A stretch of 64,000 bases of DNA from Chrysomallon squamiferum. Taxonomy: Eukaryota; Animalia; Mollusca. The DNA is taken from positions 6,510,001 to 6,574,000 of the forward strand of contig CM022670.1 of assembly GCA_012295275.1 (NCBI GenBank). The letters run 5' to 3'. A program made the position numbers and the translations under genes. Shown one piece after another: positions 47,825-61,603 of the stretch. The notes beneath the pieces were generated by a model, which saw nothing but the letters and a program-made list of their open reading frames with translations, made no database searches and had not been told where the DNA came from. Position 1 is the first letter of the stretch. Every line of letters starts with the position of its first letter.

Positions 47825-47997
47825 TCAGTGTCTCTTCATGTGCAGTGACAAGTGGTCGGAACGTGAAAAAGCTCGGTCACACACGTGACACTTGAATGGT
47901 TTGTCACCTGTGTGTTTTCTGTAATGTCTAGTTAGTTCGTCAGATCGGGCAAAGCGCCACGTACACCCCTCCCAGTTACACACATACGGCTTCTCTC
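47825..47997 (-). CDS. KLF: KLF exon 6 (fingers 2-3, stop)
   Basis: [25 protein letters not shown]...HMKRH*. Confidence 0.97.
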
Positions 47998-49843
47998 CTG
48001 AAAACAAAAACATCTCAACACTCACATATCTTTTTCATTTTTACTTTTTACCTGTATACCTGTAAACTACACCTGATGAAAGTACACCTATTTCCTTTAT
48101 ATTTCTTTTCTAATAATTATTTTATTTCTCATGGTTTTCTTTTGTTCAGTTTTTTATTCTTTTAAAGAATTATTTAGAGAAAAAATTATTTGTTCATCAC
48201 TAGTTATAATACTATTATTGACATTATTGCTGTTGTTTTTTCTGTGTTTCAGTTAATATCATTAGAGCATACTGATTTGTTTCCTACCAACAGTTAATAT
48301 TTGAAATTTAAAAATAAAATTAGTCTTCAGAAGAAACTTTATTTTCTATTTACTGAACAGACTTTTATACATTATCTTTCCACATTTTTCACATACAATG
48401 TTAAAGCTTGGTACTGAAGATGATACTACACAACATGTGATGTAAAATAACCCATTGATCTGATCCTACATTCATCGGATTTTGGCCAAGACTTTAATCC
48501 TATTACAACTGTAGAAATATAATAAAAATGATAAGCAACTATTCTATGATAAAAAGTAATAAATGACTTGTATGTACCTGTGTGTGTTCTTCGATGTGCT
48601 TTAAGATGAGAACTCTTTGTGTAAACTTTCATGCACCCGTCAAAGTCACAGCGATGTACCCTTCGTTTCTTCTCTGCCTGTGACAAGTCGCTGCACTTAG
48701 CAATCGATGACATCGTGTACGGGCTTTTCCTTCCTCCATTTTCTAGATATTTAAACTGTCTGCAACAACAGATTTTATATTTTACATTAGATAATATTAT
48801 CTGTGAATTATAATTCTTCCATTCTCTAGATATTTAAACTCTGCAATAACAAATTTTATATTTTACATTAGATAATATTATCTGTGAATTATAATTCTTC
48901 CATTCTCTAGATATTTAAACTCTGCAATAACAAATTTTATATTTTACATTAGATAATATTATCTGTGAATTATAATTCTTCCATTCTCTAGATATTTAAA
49001 CTCTGCAATAACAAATTTTATATTTTAAATTAGATAATATTATCTGTGAATTATAATGCTTCCATTTTCTAGATATTTAAACTGTCTGCAATAACAAATT
49101 TTATATTTTACATTAGATAATATCTGTGAATTATAATTCTTCCATTTTCTAGATATTTAAACTGTCTGTATCAACAAATTTTATATTTTATGTGAATTTT
49201 ACTTATGAATTCTTACTTATTCTATTTTTCTTTGATATTTAAACTGTGGTAAATATAAATTTACAACAAACAAAATGTAGAAATACAAACTATTTAAATT
49301 TATAAGAAAACACATCCCACAGATGTGAAAGATATGTTAGAGACACTGTTTAGAATGGGATATATCTTAGTGGGAGATGTTTTTCTCTACAAGATTAAAT
49401 TTATAACAAGTGCTCTATCACTGTAATACATCCACTCACTTGAAATTTACTTAGTGACTTAGAAATTTAAAAATATATAAAAAGAAAAAAGTTATGTCTG
49501 ACAGGCTGATGTCATTTCGTATTTCCTGATTACAGTCACATCAGTCAAAAAGTGACAACATCAAAAACAACTCACAAGACAAGTTTCTTTTTTTTTTACT
49601 GAATATCTAACCTCATTTACCTTTCTTTCTTGTTCAGTATCAGCAAACTATGAATATTATATATTTTTAATTTTATCAAATAAAATCCTGTTTTTGTTTT
49701 CTTTCTAAACAGTAAAGAAGATGCTGGTTCAGTTTTATTTATGATAATGAAAAATCATTAAAAATGTATTATTTTTAACCAGTAACCAGTTGAATTTTCT
49801 CCCTCTTTTATGATTCATGTATCAGAGAATTATTTAGATATAA

Positions 49844-49887
<44 letters not shown>

Positions 49888-50621
49888 TGAAAACAACTCA
49901 CTTGAGCTGTAGCTTTTTTGTGAGATTTTTCTTTCAAACTGGGTCTTAATAAACTATTTTTAATTGATAATGTGTGTGAGTTTGTGTGGATATATGCATG
50001 TGGGTGTGTGTGTGTGAATATGTGTGAATGAGTGTGTGTGTCATCTGCATGTATATGTGTGTGTGTTTTTATATTAAAGTGTATGTCTGTGTATGTGTGG
50101 ATGTCTATGTGGAGGTGTATGAATATGTGTGTATGTCTGTGTATGTTCGTGTCTGGGTAACTGTGTGTGTGTGTGTGAGTGTGTGTCTGTATATCTGTGT
50201 GTGTGTGTGTGCATCTGTGTATCTGTGTGTGTGTGTGTGTCTGTCTGTCTGATAACCAAACTTACTCTGAAGCTTCTTTTATTCGCCTCAGAGACAGGAG
50301 AGCTGCAGAACCAATCTTGTTCACTGAGTCTATGGTGACGTTTGGGTGATCTTCATGTTCTGTAAACAGTTCAAACAGAACCTTTATATCACACTGTACA
50401 TTGTTTTTTTGTTCATTTTTCACTTTGGCGTTTTTCAAGGAATAAAAGTTTTAACTTTGATAAATTTCCACAAATCATATGAAAGATGATGATAATGATG
50501 AATATCATTAATTTTATTATTATATTATTATTTAAATATATTTCATCATAATAGTGCAGGCATAGTGAAACAATGGTAACCATCTGCATGAGTGTTTATA
50601 TATATATATATATTTATTTAT

Positions 50622-50653
<32 letters not shown>

Positions 50654-53600
50654 ACACACTCAGACACATATATAAATTGTTTTCCCATTCCAGACAAAAT
50701 AAAACTAAATCCTACCTTTTCTAGCAACTCTAAGATCAAGACCCTGATGAATATCAAGAACATTTTCAGTGCTTGGAGGTCTCTTGTTGATAGACAAATC
50801 TACTGGCTCAGTCTGAATAGGCTGCAAGACAAACAAACTCATATTAGCCTCACTACTGCTTTACTTAAATAATCATGCTCAACTCTGTTAGGTTCTGGGA
50901 TCCAGTCCTGCTACCTGCTGCTTTGAAGAACTTACAGAATAAGTTCAAATCATCTATAAAGACTTAACGTAACTAATCTTCTAACATGCTAGCACCAACA
51001 CACTAACACACTAACACATTCTTGTGAATATAACATAGATTTATATCTTGTAATCCAAAGAGAAAACATTTATTCTGTACTGTAATGCACTGAACACTGG
51101 AGATGTAACATAGAAACATAAAATGCACTCATTATGAAGATGTTTTATAAATTAATATATGGTTAACACATAAACAAATATGATATAGCTATATAATTTG
51201 TTTTACTATAAACTTCAGAGGTAACATTAAAACATAATAAACCATATATATTTGTTGTATATTGCACAGTAGATATATATATATATATAATGTGTTATAT
51301 TTCTGTGATATGTATACTAAACATATTTAATATACAATTTTAAATTTTGATTATATTAAGGACATTTAAAAAGTGATAGCATTTTTATCCTATCCAGACT
51401 TTATAGTTTTAATAAAAAAATATTTTATATTCAGTTATAAATTTGGATGATATTACAAAATTACAGACACCAAAATTACTGACATAAATTAGTATCGTAA
51501 ACAGAGACATTACAGCAATAACATAATAGAAAGTAAAGTAAACATTCCACTTAAATAACATTCAAATAACAATTGCCCACGTTTCAAAGGCTTACACATA
51601 TTTTATTTATAAGTTGTTGTTTTTTTTTGAATTTTTTGTTTAGGTCTTACCACACACTGGCTGGCTGTCTGTTGTCATCTGTTATTAACCCCCATTAATA
51701 AATAACATGAAAAGTAACACAACATAATAGCTGGCAGCGTGTGTATGATGAATCAACAATATATTCTTCACACCCACGAAACTTGCAGAAAAGCACATTC
51801 GAACAAACACAGACACAAAACATGTGAATGGAATAACGTGTAAGTACACACAGATTTCTGAGCTACAAGTAACCAGAAGAAGCAAAAAGACACACAGGTT
51901 AAATGTCGCCAGAAAACAGCTTGGCACGCGACGCGGGTGTTTTCAGAAATGAACGCGTATTCACGGTGTTATCTCACTATTGTAGCTGTTAATGGTGTTT
52001 TAAAATGTACTGTGTGTTTATCTCTGAATGCAGCTCAAAGTGGCTGACTTCTGAATGTAACAAAAGAGCTTTTTATTTCAGCATTTAATGTGACTGTCAC
52101 CAAACTTGCTGATGTAACTGTAAATGATTAAATAACTGATTTTTAACTGTAAATGATTGCATCACTGACTTTAACTGTAAACTGATTTCGTAACTGATTA
52201 TAAGTGTAAATAATTAAAACTGTAAATGATTAAATAACTGATTCTAACTGTAAGTGATTATATCACTGATTTTAACTGTAAACTGATTATAATCATAAAT
52301 GATTAAATAACTGATTTTAACTATAATTATAAATGATTAAAAAACTGATTTCATAACTGATTATATCTGTAAATAATTAAAAATGTAAATGTTTAAAGAA
52401 CTAAATGGTTATATATAAATGATTTTAACTGTAAGTGATTAATTTATTCCTTCACATAAATGTTAATGATTATTTAACTCCTTCACATAAATGTTAATGA
52501 TTATTTAACTCCTTCATATAAATGTTAATGATTATTTGATTCCTTCATATATATGTTAATGATTATCTAATTCCTTATAACACTTTAACGACAATTTAGC
52601 TCTTTTTTATAACAGTTAATATTTATTTAACACCTTTGTATAAATTTACTTCCTTGAATAAAACTGATATGTATATGCCATCCATAAGGATTCGTGGTTT
52701 AAAAAAATGTTGCAAACACAAACAGTCTTCATAGGTTTTTAAACCACTCACCAAATCTATTTCATTTCTAAACTAGTTTAATGGATGAAAAGATTTGAGT
52801 TTGTGTCTAAATCTACAGATGATCAGGATACTTTAAAAATAATAAGAAGTTGTTACATTATGTAATGGACAATGACATTCTGTAAACATGGAATGAACCT
52901 AACCACTTTTAAAATATTAAATTAAAACAGGTTTATTTCTTATGAATTTATATGGCTGTTGTTGTTTGTTTTTTTGTTTTTTTAGCAAAAAGACCATTTA
53001 CATTTTTATTTTTGGAAAAAAAAAAAAAAAAATAAATAGAAACTTTAAATATTCAGACTTACTGAAAACATTTTTTTTTATTTTTTTTTTTTATACTAAA
53101 TATATAGAAAACTTAAAAACATCATTCTTCTTTTCTTATTTCTTTAAACACTTTTTATTACATTTTTTTTTTTTTTTTTTTTTTTTAATGAATCTCCATA
53201 AATTTTGAATAAGCTTTAAAATGAAACGTATTTAAAAAAAATACATTTACTGACAACTTCTTATAAACACTTATACCTATTTTCTACCTGACTGAAAAGC
53301 TATTCATTTCCCCACACCCTATTACTCTGACCCAGCACACCTATTTGAGAAGTGAGCCATAACGACCGTTACACTCGACAATTCAATACAAAGCAGTCCT
53401 TGCTTCTGTCAGAAAAACATTCTCAGAATCTGCCAGGTTAGCAGTTCTAAAAAAAATAATGTTACATTTGTTTCTCTTCTGGTCTGGATGTAGTTTAAGA
53501 CAGTTAATGTTACTGTACAGTTTGTATGTGTTTATGGTATATATATAAAAAAAAAAAAAATAAATAAATAAATAATAATCAAATTAATAGTCATGATACT

Positions 53601-54834
53601 ACTACATGTTAATAATAAACTATAAAAATATTATATGATTATGTTGCATATTTGTGTGTGTGTGTATGTGTGTGTGTGTTTGTGTGTGTGTGTATGCATG
53701 TATGAATGTATGTACATACAAACACACACAACATAATCATAATTGTTTATATATATATATACATAGAATTATTAGTAGAATGTAAGTCAACAGTTCTGTC
53801 TTGTTCCATTTTACATGTAGAATAATGTTTTTAAAGTATACAGTATTATTTGTATTTTACATACATGTAAGAACAAAGTATCAGCTAACAGATAATGGAT
53901 GAAGTTGATTCTACAGAGAGTAACTGCCAAATTTTGAATATCTTATTAAGAGAGACAGAGAGACTCAGAGACATGGAAATGAAAATGCAGGCTAGCTGGA
54001 GGAAAGAAAATAATAAATAACTTTATAAAAAAAAAAATAATAATATATATCAGTTTTAATATACAGGTAAGTACTTTCGATTAATTATAATTTTTGTTTT
54101 AAGACTTTATAAAAAAAAAAGAAAATAATAAAAAAATATATATAAAAAACATGTTTAAAAAAAAAGAATCTTACATTAGACTGGTGTTCCCAGCAAAGCC
54201 AGGCAAATTCCGTTGGCGGAACTTTTGACATGTGCATCCTGAGCAGTGCGTTCCCGCGGCAACACTAGGTGGCGACAGCATGGACCACACCTTTTACATA
54301 CATAACAAGTGTGTGTTTTCAGGAGCCTGGGCAAATTTGCACTGCACAAGCCAGGCCCACCATTAAGCTCGTGGCTAGGTAAACTTTGAAAGGTAGCTGT
54401 TCTGGCCAATGGTAGAAATGAAAGGGACATGATGGAGGATGAAGATAAATTTCAAATATCTAATCACCGAAGTAACGGTGTAGTGTGTGCTGTTGCGAGT
54501 CAACAAAGCTTTCCTCGGAGGATGTCCCGCTCTGTGGGCGGCATTCCTCTCTACAAACGGGACGGGAATCACAGATAAAAAAAAGTGGATAAATACTTCC
54601 CGTCCAGCGAGTTAAAAAAAATTAATTAAAATATTGAAAAAAAAAAAATGCATAGACAAAATGGATATTTTAAATGTATTTTTAAAAAAAAAGACGATAA
54701 TTGAAGCCTTTATTTTTATATTTTTAATGTAATTTCATTTCATTTCATTTCAGCTTCACTTCACTTCACTTCACTTCACTTCACTTCACTTCACTTCACT
54801 TCACTTCACTTCACTTCACTTCACTTCACTTCAT

Positions 54835-54865
<31 letters not shown>

Positions 54866-56126
54866 TTATAAAAAAAACAGAAACTTTCAAAGTATCACGT
54901 TCTTTTACAATATCTTTACAAAAACTAGAATAATTTATTTTACTTTTACTTGTTAACAACATAAATGCATGCAGAAGAATTTGATTGTGTCACATTTTCT
55001 CTGACACAACAACACACAGTCTGTTCTTGTTTGTTGTAATAAATAAAAATACTGTGAAGTAACCGGATAACAGAGAAGTTAAGTAATTCAGTGTCACCAC
55101 TGAATTAGTCACTGGTTAATAAAAACATCAAGTAACACATCTTTGCTATCTTCCTTATCTCTTAAAAATACTCAGATGAATTATTTACTGGGTTTTTTAT
55201 TTTTTTCAGTTTTTCTTTCTTATTCTTTTTTGTTGTGTTTTTGGGAAATTGTTTTGTCTCTTTTGTTTAGATTTTTTAAATTTCAGATCCAGAGATGGGG
55301 TCTAACAATTAAGCTTCAGTAACAAACATTTAGCTGTAACTGCACATGTAAAAACCAGTTTTTAACATTTTATACAGTCATTCATGATCAGTTCAGTTTT
55401 GTTTTTAAACGTCTTTAATTTTCTTTCTTTATCTAACTGTTTGAAATAGATACATTATAAACAAAATTTATCAAACCTTTATTTTTAAAAAAATACCCCC
55501 AAAAACAACAACAAAAAACTTTATTTTAATGAAATCTTTTTTAAACCAGAATTCTTTCAAAACTGATATCACATATAAACATATACACACAATGGCAAAT
55601 ATACTAACATATACAAACACAAACATGCACATATACACAATACAGATAAACACATACATACATAACTGACAGATACACAAACATATGTACTAACAAAACC
55701 ATGCAAACATATATAATACACATAAACTTATACATACACTGAAACATATAGATTCATAATAATACAGTTATGCACACACACCCAATAGACATAAAAGCAT
55801 TCACAAACATACACACTGTTACATATTCACACAGTCGTGCAAACGCACTCAAGGTATTATTGTTACAGTTTTAAGTTTTTATCACAGAAACAAGGCCTGG
55901 CTCAGAAGGAAGAATTCACTGAGAATTTCTGTACTTGTTCATTTGTCAACACTCTAACACAGCAATACATCACAAGAAATAATGTCTTCCTACTACTCAG
56001 CATTTTCTCTGTCATCAACACAACATTATATTAACTGTTAGTTTTCAAGACTGGCAGAAACTCAGAGGCTGTAGGGTTGATGCCAATCAATGTGTGCTTT
56101 GTGATATTTCCTTTTCAAAAAATACT

Positions 56127-56218
<92 letters not shown>

Positions 56219-57506
56219 TAAAAGAATAAGACAGAGTGGGAGAAAAAAATGAGAGAAATGGAAAGAATGATATAGAGAAAGAAGGAAGAAATCTGAAAGA
56301 GCTATTTTCTAAAATTACATTTTATTTCATACTTCCTCTTTTGTACTTTGTGAAACGTCACTTGTCACACAGCAAGATGGGAGTGTAAGCTCAACAACTT
56401 TTACATACCTGTGTTCATTTATCAGCTGGATAATCACATTCACTCACAGACCTTATTTCAAACAGAAGAAAAGCTTTCAGAGACGCTTAGTTGCAGGATA
56501 TCCGAGTGTTAGTGAAGGGAATCCAAGTGGAACTCACAACAGAAATACTAACAGTCATTTCTCTGTTTCTTCTTACTTTGTGTTATACTGCTTCACTCAA
56601 CAAGCAGAGGCTTTTTTTTTTTACCAGTCACTGCAAAATACATTCTTCACACACACACACACCCCTCTCTCTCTCTCTCTCTCTCTTTGAAATAATTGTT
56701 TACATGTAAAGTACACACATAACACACAAAAACCAACATGCATACTCAGACAGTCACACACATGCACACAAATTCATACATACATACAAACACACACGCA
56801 CACACTGTAATTATTAGTCAATTTAAAATTGAACAAAATAAACTGACATCAACAAAAAGCTCTCATACACCTTTACAAAACAAGCGTGGGTGAAAAAAAA
56901 AAAAGAAGCTACCACTGCGTTTAACAAACAGTTTATCCGACTTACTCAACAAGATAAAACATCTAAACACAACAGTCATCGATGCAGTAAGGTGCACACA
57001 GACAGAGAAATGATAAAATTACCATGTTGACTTTTTTTTTTTTTACAGAAACTCTGAGCTATGCCAGGCTTTGCCAAGAAGACAAACAAACAAACAAGCA
57101 ATAAATAAGAAAGAAACAACTTGTAGTGAAATCTAGTTGTAGTAAATTGTTTGAGGCTGAAGTAAACATGAAAAGAAAAGACTATAAAGACAGGTTTTTG
57201 TGAAAGCACTGAACTGATTTTGTGGGTAAGGTGTCTGGATAATATAATACAGGGGAAAGAGTACATTTTGCTAAACATCTAGGAAAAAAAAAGTCATAAA
57301 AATGAACTACACAAATGCAAGATGTATGAAAAATAAAATAAATAAAACCATAAAGACAACAAAGCAACAGAACCAGTGCACAGTCTATAAAACACAGAAC
57401 AATATAAAGATAAAAACAAAATACAAAATAAAATAACAATAATAATAAAAACAGAAAACAACACACTTACAAACAAAAAAAAAATCTAGAAGAAAAACCT
57501 ATTCAG

Positions 57507-57542
<36 letters not shown>

Positions 57543-58903
57543 AGCCTGAAACAAAAAACAAAATCAATAACACACTTTACAAAAAAAAAAAATAAAATAA
57601 AATAAAACAAACCTTTCCGTCTTTGTGAGAGGACAGAGACAGTTTCTCTGGAACATCCTCATCCATTGGTTCTTGTTTGACAGATATTAGTGGGGACGAC
57701 TGCTCAGACCCGCAACCCACTGCAACCGCCTCCCCGTCGACGCCCAGATGAACAAAAGCACCATTCATTGCCTCGGCCTTTAACCGCTTCTTCAGAGCAA
57801 ACATCTGTGCAATGCTTCCAGGAGAACTAGAATGTGGGCTGCGGTTGGCAAATGCTGACTGAATCTGACTGAGTTTTATTAAGGAGACTTTTGAGTCAGA
57901 GCAGGGTCTATGAACATTACAGTCTGTATTCACAGTGTTAATACTGTTAGAACTGTTGTCCTCTTCCCCATCCCCCCTCTCCCTGTCTGCTGCTGCTGCA
58001 GAGGGGTAGTCTGTGTTGTAGTTGTCTGATCTGGGTGACAAGCGAGGACTGTTGCTGCTGGTGCTGCTGCTGCTGCTGCTGCAGGATGTGTTGTCAGCAT
58101 CACTGGGGAAGGAGTTGTTGTGAAAGTCTGAACTGGAGTGGTTTGATGTAGCTGGTTGTGAGTCTTCTGTCATTTCTGGAACTGGGCAGTGCTGTAAAAA
58201 AACAAAAACATGTCTTTATGTAATAATTGATGTAAAAATTATTCACATGATTTTTGTAACATATTCACACTGGGCAGGACAGGACACAAGTACAAGTTAT
58301 TTAATTATGATAATTTTATCAGCAGAGACCATTAATAGACACAGCTGCAGAACATCATTTCACCAGTTATAGAAACAGTTATCATCATTCCAAGAGAGCA
58401 ACAATTAGTAACAGCAAACACTGTTTACAAAATCTGTTTTACAAGTAATTATATGGTAACCAATTTCCTTTTTTGATATTTAAGTCATGTCATAACAAGT
58501 TAAATACAAGACATCTGATAGGACAAATATTCACTTGAAAACAACAGTCACTAAAACACATCAGAAGCTGCTTAATAAGAGAACATATCCTGGACAATGT
58601 TTGCACATGATTATTTTTCCTCAGTTAACTATAGGAACATTTCCTGTTCTAAATGATGTTCCATTATTATATCATAAGCCAATGAATACTCTTTCTTGGC
58701 AAGTAGATGAAGTATTTGTGTACTGTCACAAGTAAACAAACAAAGGTTTGTATGCAAGTACACAAAAAACATTCACCATTAATTAAAAATGTGTTTGTGT
58801 TTTAACCAAATATTTATTAGTGATTTGATATAATAATAAAAACATTACTAATGATAATAATGATAATAATACAAATAATAATGATAACAGTAATAACAAT
58901 AAC

Positions 58904-58936
<33 letters not shown>

Positions 58937-59052
58937 GGTGGTGGTAATAATAATAATAGTAATAATAATAATAATAATAATTATTATTATTATAATTATA
59001 GAAACAGAACAGTTATAATAACATAACAATATCAATAAAGTTAATAATAATG

Positions 59053-59085
<33 letters not shown>

Positions 59086-61603
59086 TTTGTCACCATTAAA
59101 CGGCTATCCATCAAAGTTCAAGTATGTTTGACATGAACATGACCTCTGGCTTTTAGAAGTGACATTTCACTAGTTATCAGTGAAAATTAGTATAAAGAGA
59201 TTATTATTGTCCAATTCATCTGACTGACAAGACAAGTCAAAGGTGGTTTTTACTTTCTTATTGTAGTGTTTCTGAACTGACAAAACAAATTTCCAGCTTG
59301 CTATCAACTTGTCATCTGTCATATACCTAACACACACTGTAATACCTCTGTGAAAAAAGATTACACTAGTGACAAAATAAACAATGATTTCACTACTGTA
59401 CAGTTGTGTACAAATAATATTTTACAAATGCTGACATACTAAACCTATCCACTAATTTTAAACAGATTATTTCACTTACAAACTTATCTGCTGATGAAAA
59501 CCTAAATTTCTAGATCGTTTATATCCATGAACACTATATCCATCAACTTGCACACATACATTCACACAGATACACTAACGCACACACACACAAATGACAC
59601 ATTCATATTTTGAATAACTAAAGACATTATAAACAAGACATATGAAAAAAAAAAAAAAATAATAATTAAGACAGACTGACAATTAATAAGAAAATTTCAG
59701 TACCAAATACACAGCTAATCCGTAAGATTTTTCAGCAAACATGAGTCATCTACTAACCACCAAGTGTCTTCATCCATTAAAACTATAAATGATTAAACTC
59801 ACGTAATAAAAAATTAATCGTGCTCTGTGTGATGTTTCTAACTGATTCTAAATTTATCAAAAGGAAACGAATTGGTGAGAAGTCTTGCTGTCTGATAAAA
59901 CGCTCCAGTGATTGCTCAATGTTTCTGTAAGTAGTCAGTTTGGTTGTTGTGTCTAATTTTACATTTCTACTGGTTACACTACTTTTCAAATTATAAATTT
60001 CTGGTGGTTACATCATGTTACAAGTGTTTTTAATAGAGAGACTCCACTAACAACAGAATATTTCTATAAGTAGTCAATTTAATGGTTACAACAATTTACA
60101 GTAAATGTTTAAAATTTATAAGTATCTGGTGGTTACATTATATGTGTTACACTTTTTGTATGTAACCACTTCAATATTACTCAGTATAAGAGTTTGTTTT
60201 TATAAATATTCAATTAACAGATTATATTAGGTTACAGTATTTTAACATGATATGTATCTGATGATTATAGTATTTAGGTTACTTTTTATTAACACAAGAA
60301 GTTTGGCTATCATTTTAGGCTGCAGAATGTTTATAAAAATAACCAACTTGGTGTTACTGTTTCATGTATGCAGTCTGAATGTAACTAACTCTACATAGTA
60401 GTTGTGTTGTTAAAGTAAAAAGTCTGGTGTTTATTTACCTAATTTTACTATTTGTTAATAAAATGATCATGTTTAATCACTGTTGTTAAATGTAGCTAAT
60501 TATTATTCTGATATATTTTGGTTACAGTCCTATGTATTTTAATGTAACTAATAGTTATTCTCATGTTTTAATACATTTGATAAGATGGTTACACTGTTTT
60601 TACTTATAATGACAAACTGATTTTAATAAAATACAGAATTTACACTTATTGTTTTTTTGTTTTTTCAGATTTTGTCTGATGTAAATAGAAGTAATTATCA
60701 GTTCATTTTTCTGAGACATGAAATCAGTAATAATTTAAGAAAAAACAAAAACAATAATCTTATTTATAGAAAGACATTCAGAGACACAAAAAGGACACAG
60801 ATGCATAGCTATATAAATAGTAATCGTGATCGTTATTACAACATATGTGTGTGTGTGGTGAAAAAGTATCTTGGTGTGTCGGCTGTATGTAATATTTGAC
60901 AACTAACACATTTGTAGGTGGGCCATATTCTAATAAAACGTATCTAAATAAGATAAAATTTAATTTTAGCCTAATTTGTTTCTTAACTCGTATTTGCACT
61001 TATTTCTTCAATAAACAGTGGAGGTATCCAGCCCAAGTGAGGGCAAATACTGCACACTTTATTAGAAGCAGGCGGAATGAGACCACTCCCTGGAAGATTG
61101 TGTTTTCACAGAGTTACATCCATGTTTACATGCGCACTGCGTGTTTACACACAGAGAGGGGAACCTGGAGACTCTGATTCAGACACTTCTCTATGCAGGT
61201 GAAAAGATGTCAAAACGATGTTCCGTTACAATAACACATTTCCTTTTATTTACCTATTTACTTATCCCATTAAAGCCTCTCAGTGTAAATAACTCAACAC
61301 TTTGCGTCCCCACTCCTCCCCTTTTTTCAGCCAGAGATGAAATGAAAAGATAAATTAAGAAACTGAAATGGTGTATTTATCTTCCACTACCTACGAGTCC
61401 TGTAAGTATATTTATTAACACTTATCCCATACAAAAACTCGGTTGTGGAAGAAGCTTTTCTTTTACAGAAAACCGTTCTAAAAATAATAGCAAAAGTGAT
61501 AAAAGATTACCTCTGTAGGTACACACAGACGAACAGACTGCAGATCTGTTAACCCATAGTAATTCCCATACGTGAAATAATGTTGAGTTCCGAGAGCCAA
61601 CAT
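47825..61603 (-). CDS. KLF: Kruppel-like factor (three C2H2 fingers, KLF3/8/12-like), 6 coding exons (whole gene)
   Basis: [64 protein letters not shown]. The HRRTHTG signature favours KLF3/8/12, but the subfamily is not certain. The exon chain is phase-consistent. Confidence 0.93.
48578..48759 (-). CDS. KLF: KLF exon 5 (finger 1)
   Basis: [16 protein letters not shown]...[13 protein letters not shown]...HRRTHT G|gtacat. Alternative exon start at 48755. Confidence 0.93.
48736..49245. repeat. 81-bp tandem repeat x6 spanning the KLF exon 5 acceptor
   Basis: ccatt(t/c)tctagatatttaaact at 48736, 48819, 48900, 48981, 49062 and 49142. Confidence 0.95.
50266..50359 (-). CDS. KLF: KLF exon 4
   Basis: tttacag|..[30 protein letters not shown]..|gtaagt; 94 nt; the only open frame (phase 1->2) fits exon 5. 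Confidence 0.75.
51651..51678 (-). CDS. KLF: KLF exon 3 (28-nt microexon or alternative first exon)
   Basis: aacag|ATGACAACAGACAGCCAGCCAGTGTGTG|gtaaga; phase 0->1 exactly links exons 2 and 4. Confidence 0.7.
52110..52580. repeat. Compound AT-rich minisatellites (~28-bp and 31-bp units)
   Basis: taactgtaaatgatt units followed by ccttcacataaatgttaatgattattt x4. Confidence 0.8.
54180..54612. promoter_or_regulatory. Intronic CpG-rich element with CTCF-like site
   Basis: ACACTAGGTGGCGA at 54262-54275; TTCCCGCG at 54251; GCATTCC at 54541. Confidence 0.5.
54754..54833. repeat. (CACTT)n pentanucleotide microsatellite
   Basis: ~15 perfect units. Confidence 0.95.
56128..56215. repeat. (GA)n microsatellite
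   Basis: Pure GA run. Confidence 0.97.
57613..58191 (-). CDS. KLF: KLF exon 2 (Ser-rich N-terminal regulatory region)
   Basis: 579-nt open exon, tttttacag acceptor, AAG|gtttgt donor; SUMO-consensus LKAE and VKQE. Confidence 0.85.
61511..61603 (-). CDS. KLF: KLF candidate first coding exon
   Basis: [31 protein letters not shown]|gtaatc; 93 nt, phase 0, in a GC-rich promoter-like island. Confidence 0.62.

Noticed and set aside
47296-47827. Selenocysteine recoding of the KLF TGA; PDZ ligand at the extension end
   Set aside because: No canonical SECIS seen by eye, and SPSV has Pro at -2, so it is not a class I PDZ motif.
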